Positions 1 through 11,097 of a DNA stretch of 58,189 nt are shown here, piece by piece. The notes under the pieces were generated by a model. It had not been told where the DNA came from and did not search any database. It was given only the letters and a program-made list of their open reading frames with translations. The translations under genes and the position numbers were made by a program. Within the stretch, counting starts at the first letter, position 1; every line of letters starts with the position of its first letter. Source of the stretch: a virus (Duplodnaviria; Caudoviricetes); IMG/VR virus record IMGVR_UViG_3300037225_001359, positions 1-58,189 of that record; one strand, written 5' to 3'.

Positions 1-157
1 AGACTTTTTTCGAGAAAAAGTAGTATTATTTTGTATCAATTTTAATAAAATTTATTAAAATTAGTATGGAAAATTACTTCTTTTATCAAAAAGGTTACTT
101 AAATCGTCTACTTCTTCCACAGATATGTGTTTAGCTTTAGAAATTGCGGGAGACGAT

Positions 158-556
158 TTAGTCCACAATTGTTTTTTTCTTTTCATTAATTTTCTTACGA
201 GCATCATCAAGACCAGAATCAGCATTAAGTTGATCCTCCTGCTTCCATATCTCATTACGTTTTTTCTCAAGATCTTTATATTCATTGCTATTTTTATCAC
301 CTTCATAATAAACGGTCTTATCATGTGCCTTTTGTCCTTCATCAATAAGAGTTTTCCGTTCTGGACTATTATGTACATGTGTCCAAAGTTCATCTGGTGT
401 TTTAAACTTTGAAATATCAACTACATGATGCTTCGATCTATCAGCAGCGGGATGTTCTTTTAAATATTTTTGCATCGCCTCTTCTGAATAAAAATCCATA
501 GCTCTTTTGCCGATCCATTTCGCTTCTTTGACAATATCATTTACAATCTGTTTCAT
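158..556 (-). CDS. Hypothetical charged protein, possibly virion-internal
   Basis: ORF with AAGGAG RBS, directly downstream of a copy of the 16-bp late motif. Contains FYSEEAMQKYLKEHPAADRSKH. Function not recognisable. Confidence 0.6.
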   Translation of the reverse strand: MKQIVNDIVKEAKWIGKRAMDFYSEEAMQKYLKEHPAADRSKHHVVDISKFKTPDELWTHVHNSPERKTLIDEGQKAHDKTVYYEGDKNSNEYKDLEKKRNEIWKQEDQLNADSGLDDARKKINEKKKTIVD

Positions 557-595
557 TTTACTTTCTCCTTTAAAATTATATATTTTTATAACAAT

Positions 596-611
596 ATAAA
601 TTCTTTAGAAA
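596..611 (-). promoter_or_regulatory. Putative late promoter motif, copy 1 (TTTCTAAAGAATTTAT)
   Basis: One of 8 intergenic copies of TTTCTAAAGNWTTTAT on the coding strand, just after an upstream stop codon. Confidence 0.65.
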
Positions 612-614
612 AAT

Positions 615-1205
615 TCAAATTCCCTGCGGTAAGAAATTAATTCTCCAGACAAGTGCCATTTCTGCGTTTGCGGGTTTGCTGATTGCAGAAAATGTCAAAT
701 AATTAAACATTGTTCCACTATTAGCTGTTCCTGATGCATCTCCACCGAATAATCCCATTTCCACTAAAATCGCATCAAGACCTCCCAAACCACCCGGAAA
801 TGTGAATTCAAAATCTACGATCCAAGTTGGCGGAGTAGCCTGATTGATAAATGTGTTGGGATCAACAAATGGTATACCCGTGTTTGTTCTTATAACTCTA
901 GCTGCTTCTGTCACAAGCTGTGTTGTTCCAACAGTTTGCAATGGCGGATTGAATGGATCCCATCCCGGATCTCCAGTTCCGACAGCAAGATATGTAATTC
1001 CTGACACAAAACTTGCCGGACTTGTCGTTTGATTTGCCCATCTTGCAAGTAATAAGCTAGCAGAATCGACAATAATGTTTTTCAAATGTCGGTCTGGATT
1101 ATTGACAACATCATCGTGCTTAAGATCCTTCCCAATCTTAATAAAAACTTCACCAGTAAAATTGAAATGGCAATTTTCTGTAAACATCATTTTCTTTTTT
1201 TTCAT
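615..1205 (-). CDS. Baseplate / tail-fibre attachment (tail-collar-fibre-like) structural protein
   Basis: Motifs KNIIVD, ITYLAVGTG, EMGLFGGDA, GTMFNY..F..ISK, LVWRINF resemble the small protein that follows baseplate wedge genes in myoviruses. Position fits. Confidence 0.6.
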   Translation of the reverse strand: MKKKKMMFTENCHFNFTGEVFIKIGKDLKHDDVVNNPDRHLKNIIVDSASLLLARWANQTTSPASFVSGITYLAVGTGDPGWDPFNPPLQTVGTTQLVTEAARVIRTNTGIPFVDPNTFINQATPPTWIVDFEFTFPGGLGGLDAILVEMGLFGGDASGTANSGTMFNYLTFSAISKPANAEMALVWRINFLPQGI

Positions 1206-1217
1206 TTTTTCCTCCGA

Positions 1218-4200
1218 TTAAGACGATTTATTGATATTGCTAAAAATTTCATAAAATGTATGTGGATATGAAGCATCTAATCCAAAAACAGTATCAGTTG
1301 CATCATTTCCAGACGGAGCAGTAAATTCAATTGAAGTACTGCCCGTCAATAAAATTGCTCCCAGCATCGGATCATGTCTGACATAATTATCAGCTACGTG
1401 AGATGAACTTGTCGGATCATCGACAATATCAAATCCAATTGTCGTTCCAATTGTTGTGCTAGCGTTTGGACCCGACGCCCATAATAAACTAAAGCTTGTG
1501 CTATTCACAATAACGAACTGATGATTATAATAATTTTCAAAAGGATCCTCAAAATTTACGACAAATCCGGCAAATTGAGCATTCATTTCTATCATAATTT
1601 CTGCAATCATATCAGCAGCATTATATAATCCGTGAACTATTGTTGCAGTATAAACTGTAGCTCCAATTTGAAAATCAAGCTTGTCATTGGTGCTATCAAT
1701 CAGAAAATAATTTATAAAACCTTCTTCCGTTGCACAACCTGGAAAAATAACATTGATATTTGCAATAATTTCAGTAATTGTTGTTGCAGCTGGTATTGCT
1801 CCTCTCAAATCGATTTGATGAGCACCGCTTCCGTCTATATTTAAATTTATGTTATACAAAGCACTGAGATCATACGTATAATCTAAACTAATTAATTCTT
1901 CAAAGGCATTCACACCCAATACATCCGTACCGTTCAGAATTGATTGATTCAAAATGAATGGTTTATAATTTATTCCAATCGCATCTCCAGCATTTTCTTC
2001 ATAGGGATGTTTTTTAGTTGAAAACGTCATTGTTTGTAAAGCATCTTCTGGTAATTCGGGCATTTCAAACAAAAATCCTTGGCGTCCATCAATTGTAAAA
2101 TTTTGAAATCTGTCACTAATCTTTATCTGCCCCATCGCCTCACTAAAAATATTTCTTTGTTTTATCCAAACATGTGCCGGTTTTACAATTTTAAAGAAAT
2201 GTGAAATATTTGCAATAAAAGCTGTATAGTCGATTCCGATCAGTCTGCTTTGTCCGATTAAATAATCAACTGACACGGTGAATTGATCTGAAATATCACT
2301 TGATTCTTGAAATAATTCATGCATGACAATACTGAATGGAGCATACAACGTGATTCCCTGTTCAATGCTAGATTTTTTGGAACCCTTCAAAAATATCGAC
2401 AGTAATGATGTCAGCAAACTACGATAAAGCTCTGTTGATTGCAAGCTTTCAGTTGTCGGCTCTGCCTTTAATAAATATCCGACTTTTTGATATAAATATT
2501 CTTGACGTACAGTATCAACTGATTCATCGTCGGCTAAAGCTTGCAACTCTTGCACAACTCTGGCTAATTCTTTAGCAATCGCTTTTTGATGTCCATAAAA
2601 TGATGTCGACCTCGACCGAGTATAATTGCTTGCCGTATTTTTCTGCATGTCATCGATAAATGTCAATGCTTGCTTTTGTATAAAGTTTCTGTCTTGTATC
2701 GACGGTGTTGCGACAATGCTTGGAACAAAAGAATAATCATATTCTGCCATGACCTTATTGATAAAATCTGTCGCATTAATCGTAATATTTACATATTTTC
2801 CATGAGCAAATTCAAAATCGGGTGTAATAAAGAACAAATATCCTAAATCATTTTCGATATAAGTCACATAAGGATTTTTTTCTTCAATATAAATGTTTAA
2901 TGTCTTTGCTGAATTTGATATTTTTTGATTCAGAATCGGTGTTATTTGATCTGACAAATTTTCACGATATTGTCCGTCTAATATTGTCGAAACATAAACT
3001 GGAACTGTGCTATTTGATGGAATATAGTTATTAAGATAATCGTTTAATTTTTCAATTGTGCTATAATTATTACTTTGTAAATTCAAACTCAAATCCAGTT
3101 GTCCGCTTAAATAAGTAATCAAATGACTGTTCTGAATTGTCAATCGAGCATTAGGTCTTGGCCCCTTATAATAAACACCTAAGATTGGTGTTGAAATAAC
3201 TTTGAATTCAAAACTTTGAATTGTGAAATCAACAGCAGAAACATCTAATCCAAAATCATCCGATACTGCAACAACTACATTTGATTTTGTCGAAACATCA
3301 TAAGCGTTGGGAATAGGATTTAATTGTCGAATTCTTGGTCCAACTATTTGTTGAAGTACCGACGTTTTTACATCTTCAATATTTCCGGCTTTATCAGTTG
3401 AATAATAATAAAATGTCAGCGGTAAAATTGATTCTGAAATTTCAAAAGAATCATCCTGTTCAAAACTTGATGTAACTGGCATGGGAGTTGTCAAAGAAAA
3501 GAATGTTTTATCTCTTCCCGACACTTCGTCATTTGCGTCAAAAGTCACAATGACATTAGATCCGCTAAGTTGCAAATCATAAATAGTTTCAGGTGCCGTT
3601 TTATCTATGTGCAAAACTGTCTTCTTCGTTATTTCTTTATTTCCTGCATTATCAACCGCATAAAATTCTACATCGATATTTCCTTCCAATCCCACTTCGA
3701 ATGGACCCGTATATTCAATAAATGTACTTTGGGGTAATTGCCCATTGTTGATATAATCTCCGCCAAATTTATAAAAAGTTTCTTTAACTCCAGATAAGAC
3801 ATCAGAAGATGTTAAAGTTACAACGGGAGATGTAACAAACCAACCTTTTTCTTGATCAGTATTTGCAATCACATTTCCGTCAGGAGGATCAGGTATTACT
3901 GAAATTAAGGTTATGGGAGCATCACCATCAACAAAAATAGGCAAACCTGATGTATTTGGACTTGTCAAATTTCCTGCTACATCTTCAACGATATAAGTTA
4001 GATAATATGTTCCCGATTGAGTTAAAACGATGTGCGATTGAGATTCAGAAATAAATTCTGCTTTTTGAGAATTAATTGTCGGAATTGAACCATCAGTTGT
4101 ATAAAAAGTTGCATATACACCTGACATGTCATCATGTGATGTAACAGTAACGATAAACGGTACTCCGTTATAATCAGCATCATAACTATAATCGTCTATA

Positions 4201-7200
4201 GGCATGCCAGGAGCAGTTGCATCATATCTGAAACTGAATGCTCTAATCGAACTTCTTTTTTGTAAAACATCCGTATCGGCTAGTGAGTTTTTATCCAAAA
4301 CTCTAATTGAAACGGTATGATATCCATCACCATTCGCTAAATAAAAATATGGTGATGAAAATGCTATTTTATATCTTGCAGCTCTGGGAATACCCTGATT
4401 ATCAAATGCAAAATCATCAAATCTGCTCAGTGAAATTGCAATTGAAGATACGGGATCAATAACTGGCGGTGTTGATGAACTTGAACTATTGAGTCCATAA
4501 TCTACTTCTTGTAATGACACATAATGTTTATAATCAACTCTAATTTTATCCAAATCAGCATCTGTCGGAAATTGGATGCCACCGATATTTATTGTATTAT
4601 AAACACCATTGGGTCCACGATCAGCTAATTTTGCATAAGGTAAAATTTGAAATGGATTAGTATAAACAACTGTAAAAACATACTGAATAAATAAACCAAC
4701 ATTTGTCGGCATATCATCAGCATATTTATTACTCATTCTAACTTTGAAATAATCTGCAAGATATTGATTCGATCCAGTATCTATCGCGGCATTATCAAAT
4801 CCCAATACACTTGCCGAATTGCTTTGTGTCCAATCTAAAGAAAAGTTTGTAAAAGTATTTCCGATTGTAAATCTATGGCTAGTCAAATCATAAGAAACAT
4901 AATAATTACCAACAGTCGATTCATAATTTAGAGCATTTTGTAAAAAAGTTGCTAAATCAGCACCGGCATAAATACCAGCTGTAATTGTAATATTGCCGTT
5001 GTTAAGAAGTGGTGAAGGATCTGAAAACTTCAAATGGTCATTTTCACCAGCCACAATTAAGAACGTATCAACAAAACATGAATCATACATGTCTTGCAAA
5101 AGATTTGGAATTCCTCCTCTGACATCAATTAAATCGGTTGTTGAAGCATAAACAACTAAATTGAATGGTGATTTATACCAACCCGAATTTCCATTTGGAG
5201 GATCAACAATAAAGCTTATTTCTGGCCAATTTTTTTCAATTTTTATGGGTAATGAATGTTTGTGACTTTCTTCATTTCCGGCATTATCAATCGACCAAAA
5301 TTCCGTCTGATACAAACCATCTTCTGAAAATATGTATTCAGTCGTTAAACCACTAAATATTTCAGCTTCTTCAATAAATGTTCCATCGGCTATTGTGTAA
5401 ACATTTAAATAAGTTGCCTTAACTCCTGATGAGTCATCTGATGCTTCAAGTTTATAAAGAATATTACTGTCATGAGATAACGGAACATATATCGGCTCAG
5501 TTAATCCATATCCGACCTTATTTATTGGATCATCAGTGTTTAATTCTTCGGGCAAATGAGAATCGTCATATTCATAATCAACAAATATTGTATCTGTCAA
5601 ATTTACGGCAGGACTTATTTCGATGACATTTCTATCTATTCCCGAGGCAAATTGTATACCGAAAATATACGGAATTACAGTATAATCGACTAGTGGCGCA
5701 TTTTGATTTCTAATTCTTAAATTATTGTTGTCATCATATAATATGTCTTTTACATTGGGATTTACCAAAGACAAATGTGTTGCATCAGTGACAATTGCAA
5801 TTTCATTTTCTACAATAGTCCAGCCAGGATTAGTATTTAATTCAAATACACCTTCTAATTCAAGACTATTATCATTTGTTACTGGTGCAATTGTGTCGAT
5901 TTTAAATTCGAATTCATTAAAATCTTCGACATTTCCCGCTTTGTCCATCGAAAAATATGTCAGAATATTATCATTTTGATGTATTGGCAATATTCCGCCA
6001 TTGTATTCATATAGCGGTCCATTGTCCCAACGATAATATGTTTTAGAAGCACCCGATGCAAAATCGAAAACATTAAAACTGATTTGAGGATCAACGATAA
6101 ACCAGTTGTCAGTTGAAAATTTTGTGACAAGATTGGTGATAGGTTTTTGTTGATCAAGACGATATAATTTGCTTGCAGTCGGACTTGAATTTCCTTTTGT
6201 ATCTATAGCATAAAATGTCAATGTCCATTCACCATCATAGGGCAAATACATGGGTGAAACATATTGTGTATCAACGTCAGTTTCTAAGAAAATATATGGA
6301 TATGCTGCTGGATCTAAGCCGAATAAAACTTTAGTTGCATCAGACAATGGATTACTTGGAGCAGTCAATCTAATTTGAGATGATGCAAGTTTTGAACCGG
6401 CTGTGGGAGAAGTTAATGTGATATAACCAATTCCTGCAGTTCCGTCTTTTCCTGTTTCAGTCGCTATTGTCTGTTGCAAAGTATTATTTATTACGTTAAT
6501 AACATCAGTTATCGTAACGACATCAGCAGTAATTTGAACTTCTACTAAACTATTATTGTCAACAGTGATATCAAATAAATAAGGAGCAATTAAATTTCCC
6601 CAATTAATTTTTGGAAGCAGACTATTTGATCCTGTAAATTTTGCAGAATTGTTGCCATTTGTATTCGTAAATTTATAAATGATCGATTGAATTCCAATAG
6701 AATCATCAGCAGACAATGTTATTTGTGGTGGTGTCTTATACCAACCAAATTTACCATCAATGGGAATATTTTCAGAAACATAGATATCTGACGCTGAAGG
6801 AGGAGTAACATCGATATCAACATTAACATGTGTATTTTCTACTTTTTCTTTATTTCCGGCTAAATCAACTGAAAAATACTTAACATCATAAGATCCTGTT
6901 TTGCTTAAAGATATTGATGATCCACTACTTGATTGAGTTGTCGGTATTGTTCCGTCTGTCGTGAAAAATGTTTCTGCTACACCCGATGCATTATCAGATT
7001 GTAGCAAATTAATTGTCAAAGCTTTTTCTTGAATACCGATAGGAGCATCATCGACAGTAATCGGTGGTGTATCATCAAGTTTAAAATATTGCAAATTTGT
7101 CGCTTCAATATTTCCAGCAACATCAATTGCAAAATATTGAAGTTCATGAACACCTTCAGGTGATGGGATACTTAGCGGAAAATTATAATCTGAAAAGTCA

Positions 7201-7598
7201 TTATCATCCCACCGATATCTAATCTTTGCAACACCGGATGATGCGTCAGTAGCAGAAATCGAAATTGAAACATTTGTATAATACCATCCATTCGTTCCTT
7301 CAGGAGCATGACTAACTGTTATCACTGAAGTCGGAGTAACATTATCCATCCAAATTTGTTGTGAATAAATCTGGCTAGATATTATTCCGTTATTGGCAAA
7401 ATATCTGATTTGAATTATTCCTTGACCAAAAACTAATGCTTTGTTATTTACTGCGATTTGAGAAAGCAAAGTCGGCGTAGAACCGTCTGTTGTATAATAA
7501 ACAATCGCAGCAGGATCACTGCAAGTAAATTTGACAACAAATAAATCAGTTAAATTCCACTGATTTGTCGGAATATTTGTCGAAACAGTTAATAACAT
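1218..7598 (-). CDS. Giant baseplate wedge protein (gp7/gpI-like core) with many Ig-like (CHB_HEX_C/Fn3-associated, OmpL47-type) repeats
   Basis: Repeated YYTTDGSTPT and YFA.D.AGN.E motifs. C-terminal-half core (HQKAIAKELAR...YRSLL...LKGSKKSSI...IVKPAHV) resembles gpI/gp7 wedge proteins. Follows the baseplate J gene. Confidence 0.65.
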   Translation of the reverse strand: MLLTVSTNIPTNQWNLTDLFVVKFTCSDPAAIVYYTTDGSTPTLLSQIAVNNKALVFGQGIIQIRYFANNGIISSQIYSQQIWMDNVTPTSVITVSHAPEGTNGWYYTNVSISISATDASSGVAKIRYRWDDNDFSDYNFPLSIPSPEGVHELQYFAIDVAGNIEATNLQYFKLDDTPPITVDDAPIGIQEKALTINLLQSDNASGVAETFFTTDGTIPTTQSSSGSSISLSKTGSYDVKYFSVDLAGNKEKVENTHVNVDIDVTPPSASDIYVSENIPIDGKFGWYKTPPQITLSADDSIGIQSIIYKFTNTNGNNSAKFTGSNSLLPKINWGNLIAPYLFDITVDNNSLVEVQITADVVTITDVINVINNTLQQTIATETGKDGTAGIGYITLTSPTAGSKLASSQIRLTAPSNPLSDATKVLFGLDPAAYPYIFLETDVDTQYVSPMYLPYDGEWTLTFYAIDTKGNSSPTASKLYRLDQQKPITNLVTKFSTDNWFIVDPQISFNVFDFASGASKTYYRWDNGPLYEYNGGILPIHQNDNILTYFSMDKAGNVEDFNEFEFKIDTIAPVTNDNSLELEGVFELNTNPGWTIVENEIAIVTDATHLSLVNPNVKDILYDDNNNLRIRNQNAPLVDYTVIPYIFGIQFASGIDRNVIEISPAVNLTDTIFVDYEYDDSHLPEELNTDDPINKVGYGLTEPIYVPLSHDSNILYKLEASDDSSGVKATYLNVYTIADGTFIEEAEIFSGLTTEYIFSEDGLYQTEFWSIDNAGNEESHKHSLPIKIEKNWPEISFIVDPPNGNSGWYKSPFNLVVYASTTDLIDVRGGIPNLLQDMYDSCFVDTFLIVAGENDHLKFSDPSPLLNNGNITITAGIYAGADLATFLQNALNYESTVGNYYVSYDLTSHRFTIGNTFTNFSLDWTQSNSASVLGFDNAAIDTGSNQYLADYFKVRMSNKYADDMPTNVGLFIQYVFTVVYTNPFQILPYAKLADRGPNGVYNTINIGGIQFPTDADLDKIRVDYKHYVSLQEVDYGLNSSSSSTPPVIDPVSSIAISLSRFDDFAFDNQGIPRAARYKIAFSSPYFYLANGDGYHTVSIRVLDKNSLADTDVLQKRSSIRAFSFRYDATAPGMPIDDYSYDADYNGVPFIVTVTSHDDMSGVYATFYTTDGSIPTINSQKAEFISESQSHIVLTQSGTYYLTYIVEDVAGNLTSPNTSGLPIFVDGDAPITLISVIPDPPDGNVIANTDQEKGWFVTSPVVTLTSSDVLSGVKETFYKFGGDYINNGQLPQSTFIEYTGPFEVGLEGNIDVEFYAVDNAGNKEITKKTVLHIDKTAPETIYDLQLSGSNVIVTFDANDEVSGRDKTFFSLTTPMPVTSSFEQDDSFEISESILPLTFYYYSTDKAGNIEDVKTSVLQQIVGPRIRQLNPIPNAYDVSTKSNVVVAVSDDFGLDVSAVDFTIQSFEFKVISTPILGVYYKGPRPNARLTIQNSHLITYLSGQLDLSLNLQSNNYSTIEKLNDYLNNYIPSNSTVPVYVSTILDGQYRENLSDQITPILNQKISNSAKTLNIYIEEKNPYVTYIENDLGYLFFITPDFEFAHGKYVNITINATDFINKVMAEYDYSFVPSIVATPSIQDRNFIQKQALTFIDDMQKNTASNYTRSRSTSFYGHQKAIAKELARVVQELQALADDESVDTVRQEYLYQKVGYLLKAEPTTESLQSTELYRSLLTSLLSIFLKGSKKSSIEQGITLYAPFSIVMHELFQESSDISDQFTVSVDYLIGQSRLIGIDYTAFIANISHFFKIVKPAHVWIKQRNIFSEAMGQIKISDRFQNFTIDGRQGFLFEMPELPEDALQTMTFSTKKHPYEENAGDAIGINYKPFILNQSILNGTDVLGVNAFEELISLDYTYDLSALYNINLNIDGSGAHQIDLRGAIPAATTITEIIANINVIFPGCATEEGFINYFLIDSTNDKLDFQIGATVYTATIVHGLYNAADMIAEIMIEMNAQFAGFVVNFEDPFENYYNHQFVIVNSTSFSLLWASGPNASTTIGTTIGFDIVDDPTSSSHVADNYVRHDPMLGAILLTGSTSIEFTAPSGNDATDTVFGLDASYPHTFYEIFSNINKSS

Positions 7599-7624
7599 CT
7601 CAAATCCTCACAATTAATGGAAAA

Positions 7625-7771
7625 TTATTTCTTTCTTTCAGAGCCTTGGTGTTCCTTGCCGCAAACAGTGCAATGTAGTTTTGTCCCGTCCTTATTTGGA
7701 CAACAAACTCTCATACCTTTGCCATTTAATTCATCTTGGCCTTCATGTTGACATGAACATTTCAAAATCAT
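7625..7771 (-). CDS. Small Cys/His-rich putative zinc-binding protein (48 aa), not in ORF track
   Basis: Manual translation MILKCSCQHEGQDELNGKGMRVCCPNKDGTKLHCTVCGKEHQGSERKK. AAGGAG RBS upstream. Fills the gap between two genes. Confidence 0.7.
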   Translation of the reverse strand: MILKCSCQHEGQDELNGKGMRVCCPNKDGTKLHCTVCGKEHQGSERKK

Positions 7772-7790
7772 GATCTACTCCTTTTTAATT

Positions 7791-10700
7791 TTAATTTGTT
7801 GTTGAAAGAATTGTTTGTGGTACTAAATTTAAAATTATGTTACCAACTGTCAGATATTCTAGAGACGTTATTGAAATATCTGATGAACCGATATTTCCGA
7901 AAACAGCATAATCAACTGTATAAATATGTTTTGAAGGATCATCTGTCGGATCAATTCCACCGTTCAAAGTTGAAATGATAACTTCACCTTGATTGCTAAT
8001 ATAGCCTTGTCCTGCAGCAGCATCAACTTGCGTCGGATCAGAAATCATTGTTAATGGTCTATCATCTTCGAATATTGCATAAAATCCATCATTGCCATTC
8101 GATCCTTTTGTTTTATTTTGCAAAGCATTTATTCCTGTCGTCCAAGCCCTGACAACATTTTGCTGATACAATTGAAATTCTGCAGTTAGTTCTTCTCGAT
8201 TTATCTGATCGCCATTTGATTTAACTATTTTTGTTAAAGGAATCATGACAGATACAACATTATTTACACTTTCAAGCGCACTGACGATATCTGATTGTGC
8301 GATGCCTTGTCCAAGTTTCAAACGATTTATTTGATTTGAAATTGCTGATTTACAATTTGCTGACAATAAATTCAAATCAGAATTAGCTTTTGCAATGATA
8401 CCGATTTCAAAATCTAAACTTGTTTCTATCGCGCCTTTGATAAGCACATCAGCTGCAAGAGGTCTTCCAGAATTAATCACATTTTGAACAATTGCGATTA
8501 ATGGATTAACATTATAGGTCACAGTGTAAAGTTCGGCATATTCATAAGAACAACTTAATGATCGACCGTCATCGGGTATTGTTGAAATTGTTGTTCTACT
8601 AATTCTTACATTATATCCACCATCTTCTGCAGTAACTATATAATCATGTCCTGCACTATAAACTGTTGTTGAGGGATTTTGCTCTTTCAAAATAATCGTA
8701 TCAATGTCAATTCCTTTATTCGAAAGTGATGTCATCTCAAAATTAATCAAAACAATGTTCTCAGAAGTATAATGAATTGAATCACCCGAAATTGAAAATG
8801 GTGGAATCATTGTCAATGTTCTGTTTGCCTTTGTTGAATTTCCATTAAGTAAAATATCATCAAATTTATTCAATCGATATTCAGCTGGATTCAAGGTTCC
8901 CGATTCATTTGAAACTGAAGAAATTGAATCGACTGGCTGATTCAAAAACAAATAAGCATTGTCAGGATTTTGATAACGATAATTGACACTAAATTTATCG
9001 TTATTTCCTGTTCCAATTGTCATATTTGTAAGATTATTTTTTGTGTTTATGAAAATACATTGTTGATATTGAAATTCTAAAATACAACTTTGTAAAATAT
9101 CAGGATTCGCAAATGCAGCAGTTGTCTGCTCAGATGTTGCACTAGCTACAACTACTTCGCCAACAACTGGTATGATATAATCATAATCAACAGTTATCGT
9201 ATCATTAATTCCTAATGTAATAATCAATGTAATAACCCTAGTCAAAATATCAATTGTATAATCAGTTCCCTCTACTAATATTTTTGCTGCTTGTCCTGTC
9301 GTATTTTTATAAACAGTGTATGAATTTTCAACGGGCTCATGTAAAAGTGTGAAATTAATATTATCAAAAGAAATCGGACTTTCATTTAAAATCGACGTTC
9401 TATAAAAATAATCCGCTATTACCTGATCTCCAGCAGTTAGCGGATTGAGAAAAAGAATCTGTCCTGTCAATAAAGTTACCCTAACTAATGATTTGTCCAT
9501 TGCAATACTGTTCAAATATAATGTCCAGCAACCACTAATGTCGTACTCTTCGTTTTTCGTTACATTAAGAATATTCTTGACACTTATTATTTGTGAAGAC
9601 GAAGAAACGCTAGAATTTGTGCATTCAATCAAAACATTTGTTGATCCGTTAAATGGCAATATATTTCGATTAAAATTTGTATCATTATTTATTAACGCAA
9701 ATAAAAATCCGAAAGAATCTTGATACTGAATAGGTAATCCTCCATCGATATAAATATCGACTTTTCCATAAATATGTTTATGTCTAACTTCATCATAATC
9801 TCTTTGCATCAAATAATCACCAGCATCGACAATTTTTTCGTCTTCAACAGTTGGTATTCCTGCAACATTTTTCTTATATCCATAAAATGTTCCTATGTCG
9901 ACTCCAACAATTGCCAATTCTGCGCGATCTGCTAAACTAGAATTACTTTCACTGTCTTGACCACCAAAAGCTGTTGCAGTGTTTGTCACTTGTAAGCCCG
10001 AAACCGATGAACTAATTAATGTATCAGATGAAACATTACCTGCTGATCCTGCAGCAACAGCTTGTGCCGGAATTTTTAATTCATATCTTTGTGTCGATGC
10101 ATTAAAAAATCCTTGCAAACCAGCAACAGTCATTGTTCCCGATGTCAATGTACTAAATGTAATTGCTGCTTCATTTGCAGTTGGCACAGTACTAATTATT
10201 GCTCCCGAATTTACTGTTACATCAGCAGTAATGGGTGTTTCTGTATAAAATGTCAATATTGTCTGTGCTTGTGTAGCTGCAATTCTAAATGTTCCAAAAT
10301 TAAATGCTAATTTATCAAATGCAAAATCAATCATGTTTTGAACATCCGTATCAGCAGTATCTGATGTAAAGAAAAAAGCAACTTCTAATAGTTGTTTATA
10401 TGGACTGTCTGAAACGGGATCAGAAATTCCATCTCCATTTGAATCATCAAGATTTCGTAATGTCAAGAATGATTGTGATTGATTTGTAAAATCATTTCTG
10501 ACATTCATCAAATACATTTCCAAACTATTGGGGTCAACATGAAGTTGTCTTGTCACAGAACCGGGCTTCACATCAAGTTTAGGTTCACGAGTCAATAATG
10601 TTGTGATGTAATCTAATGAAATGTCATTTTGCGATCTAATTTGTGTCGGTACAATTGCTGTTGAAATAATAATGGGTGTACCACTAACTTCTATAGATTG

Positions 10701-11087
10701 AGCACTTTCATTTCCCGTATCATTTACTGCAGTGACAACATAATATTGCGTACTTGCAACAGTCAAATTGTCGTGTACATATAAAAATACATTTACTTCT
10801 TGAAAATTTATAACTGTCGTTGTAGTTTGTTGAGTTTGATCAGGTCCTGTTGAAGCTTCATTGACAACTTCAGTAGAAGACATTTGTTCTTTATCAACTT
10901 CAGATGGCACTTCAATTAGAGTCGTATTCAATTTTACATAACCACTAATTCCTCCACCTGATGTCGTTGAGTTATAAATATTATACCCTTGAACCTTATC
11001 GCTATCCGGATTTGCTATCCAACGAATTTCGAGTTTATTACGAAATGTTTGAACGGTTAACCCAGTTGGAGCTGTAGGAATTGCCAT
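7791..11087 (-). CDS. Baseplate J / gp6-like wedge protein with N-terminal Fn3 domain and inserted beta-domains
   Basis: LDVKPGSVTR, G..GNV...I, VTN...FGGQDSESN..L..R, G.VDIYI and C-terminal LGQGIAQSDI motifs of Baseplate_J. N-terminal PTAPTGL..W..YNIY..YYVVTAV Fn3. Start moved to MAIPT (RBS AAGGA). Confidence 0.8.
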   Translation of the reverse strand: MAIPTAPTGLTVQTFRNKLEIRWIANPDSDKVQGYNIYNSTTSGGGISGYVKLNTTLIEVPSEVDKEQMSSTEVVNEASTGPDQTQQTTTTVINFQEVNVFLYVHDNLTVASTQYYVVTAVNDTGNESAQSIEVSGTPIIISTAIVPTQIRSQNDISLDYITTLLTREPKLDVKPGSVTRQLHVDPNSLEMYLMNVRNDFTNQSQSFLTLRNLDDSNGDGISDPVSDSPYKQLLEVAFFFTSDTADTDVQNMIDFAFDKLAFNFGTFRIAATQAQTILTFYTETPITADVTVNSGAIISTVPTANEAAITFSTLTSGTMTVAGLQGFFNASTQRYELKIPAQAVAAGSAGNVSSDTLISSSVSGLQVTNTATAFGGQDSESNSSLADRAELAIVGVDIGTFYGYKKNVAGIPTVEDEKIVDAGDYLMQRDYDEVRHKHIYGKVDIYIDGGLPIQYQDSFGFLFALINNDTNFNRNILPFNGSTNVLIECTNSSVSSSSQIISVKNILNVTKNEEYDISGCWTLYLNSIAMDKSLVRVTLLTGQILFLNPLTAGDQVIADYFYRTSILNESPISFDNINFTLLHEPVENSYTVYKNTTGQAAKILVEGTDYTIDILTRVITLIITLGINDTITVDYDYIIPVVGEVVVASATSEQTTAAFANPDILQSCILEFQYQQCIFINTKNNLTNMTIGTGNNDKFSVNYRYQNPDNAYLFLNQPVDSISSVSNESGTLNPAEYRLNKFDDILLNGNSTKANRTLTMIPPFSISGDSIHYTSENIVLINFEMTSLSNKGIDIDTIILKEQNPSTTVYSAGHDYIVTAEDGGYNVRISRTTISTIPDDGRSLSCSYEYAELYTVTYNVNPLIAIVQNVINSGRPLAADVLIKGAIETSLDFEIGIIAKANSDLNLLSANCKSAISNQINRLKLGQGIAQSDIVSALESVNNVVSVMIPLTKIVKSNGDQINREELTAEFQLYQQNVVRAWTTGINALQNKTKGSNGNDGFYAIFEDDRPLTMISDPTQVDAAAGQGYISNQGEVIISTLNGGIDPTDDPSKHIYTVDYAVFGNIGSSDISITSLEYLTVGNIILNLVPQTILSTTN

Positions 11088-11097
11088 AGATTTTTCC

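Noticed and set aside
135-143. Ninth copy of the late motif (TTTCTAAAG)
   Set aside because: Core 9-mer only, without the downstream WTTTAT, and no clear gene start follows within view.
61-420. 119-aa alternative minus-strand ORF
   Set aside because: Overlaps the RBS-supported 158-556 gene in another frame and has no start signal.
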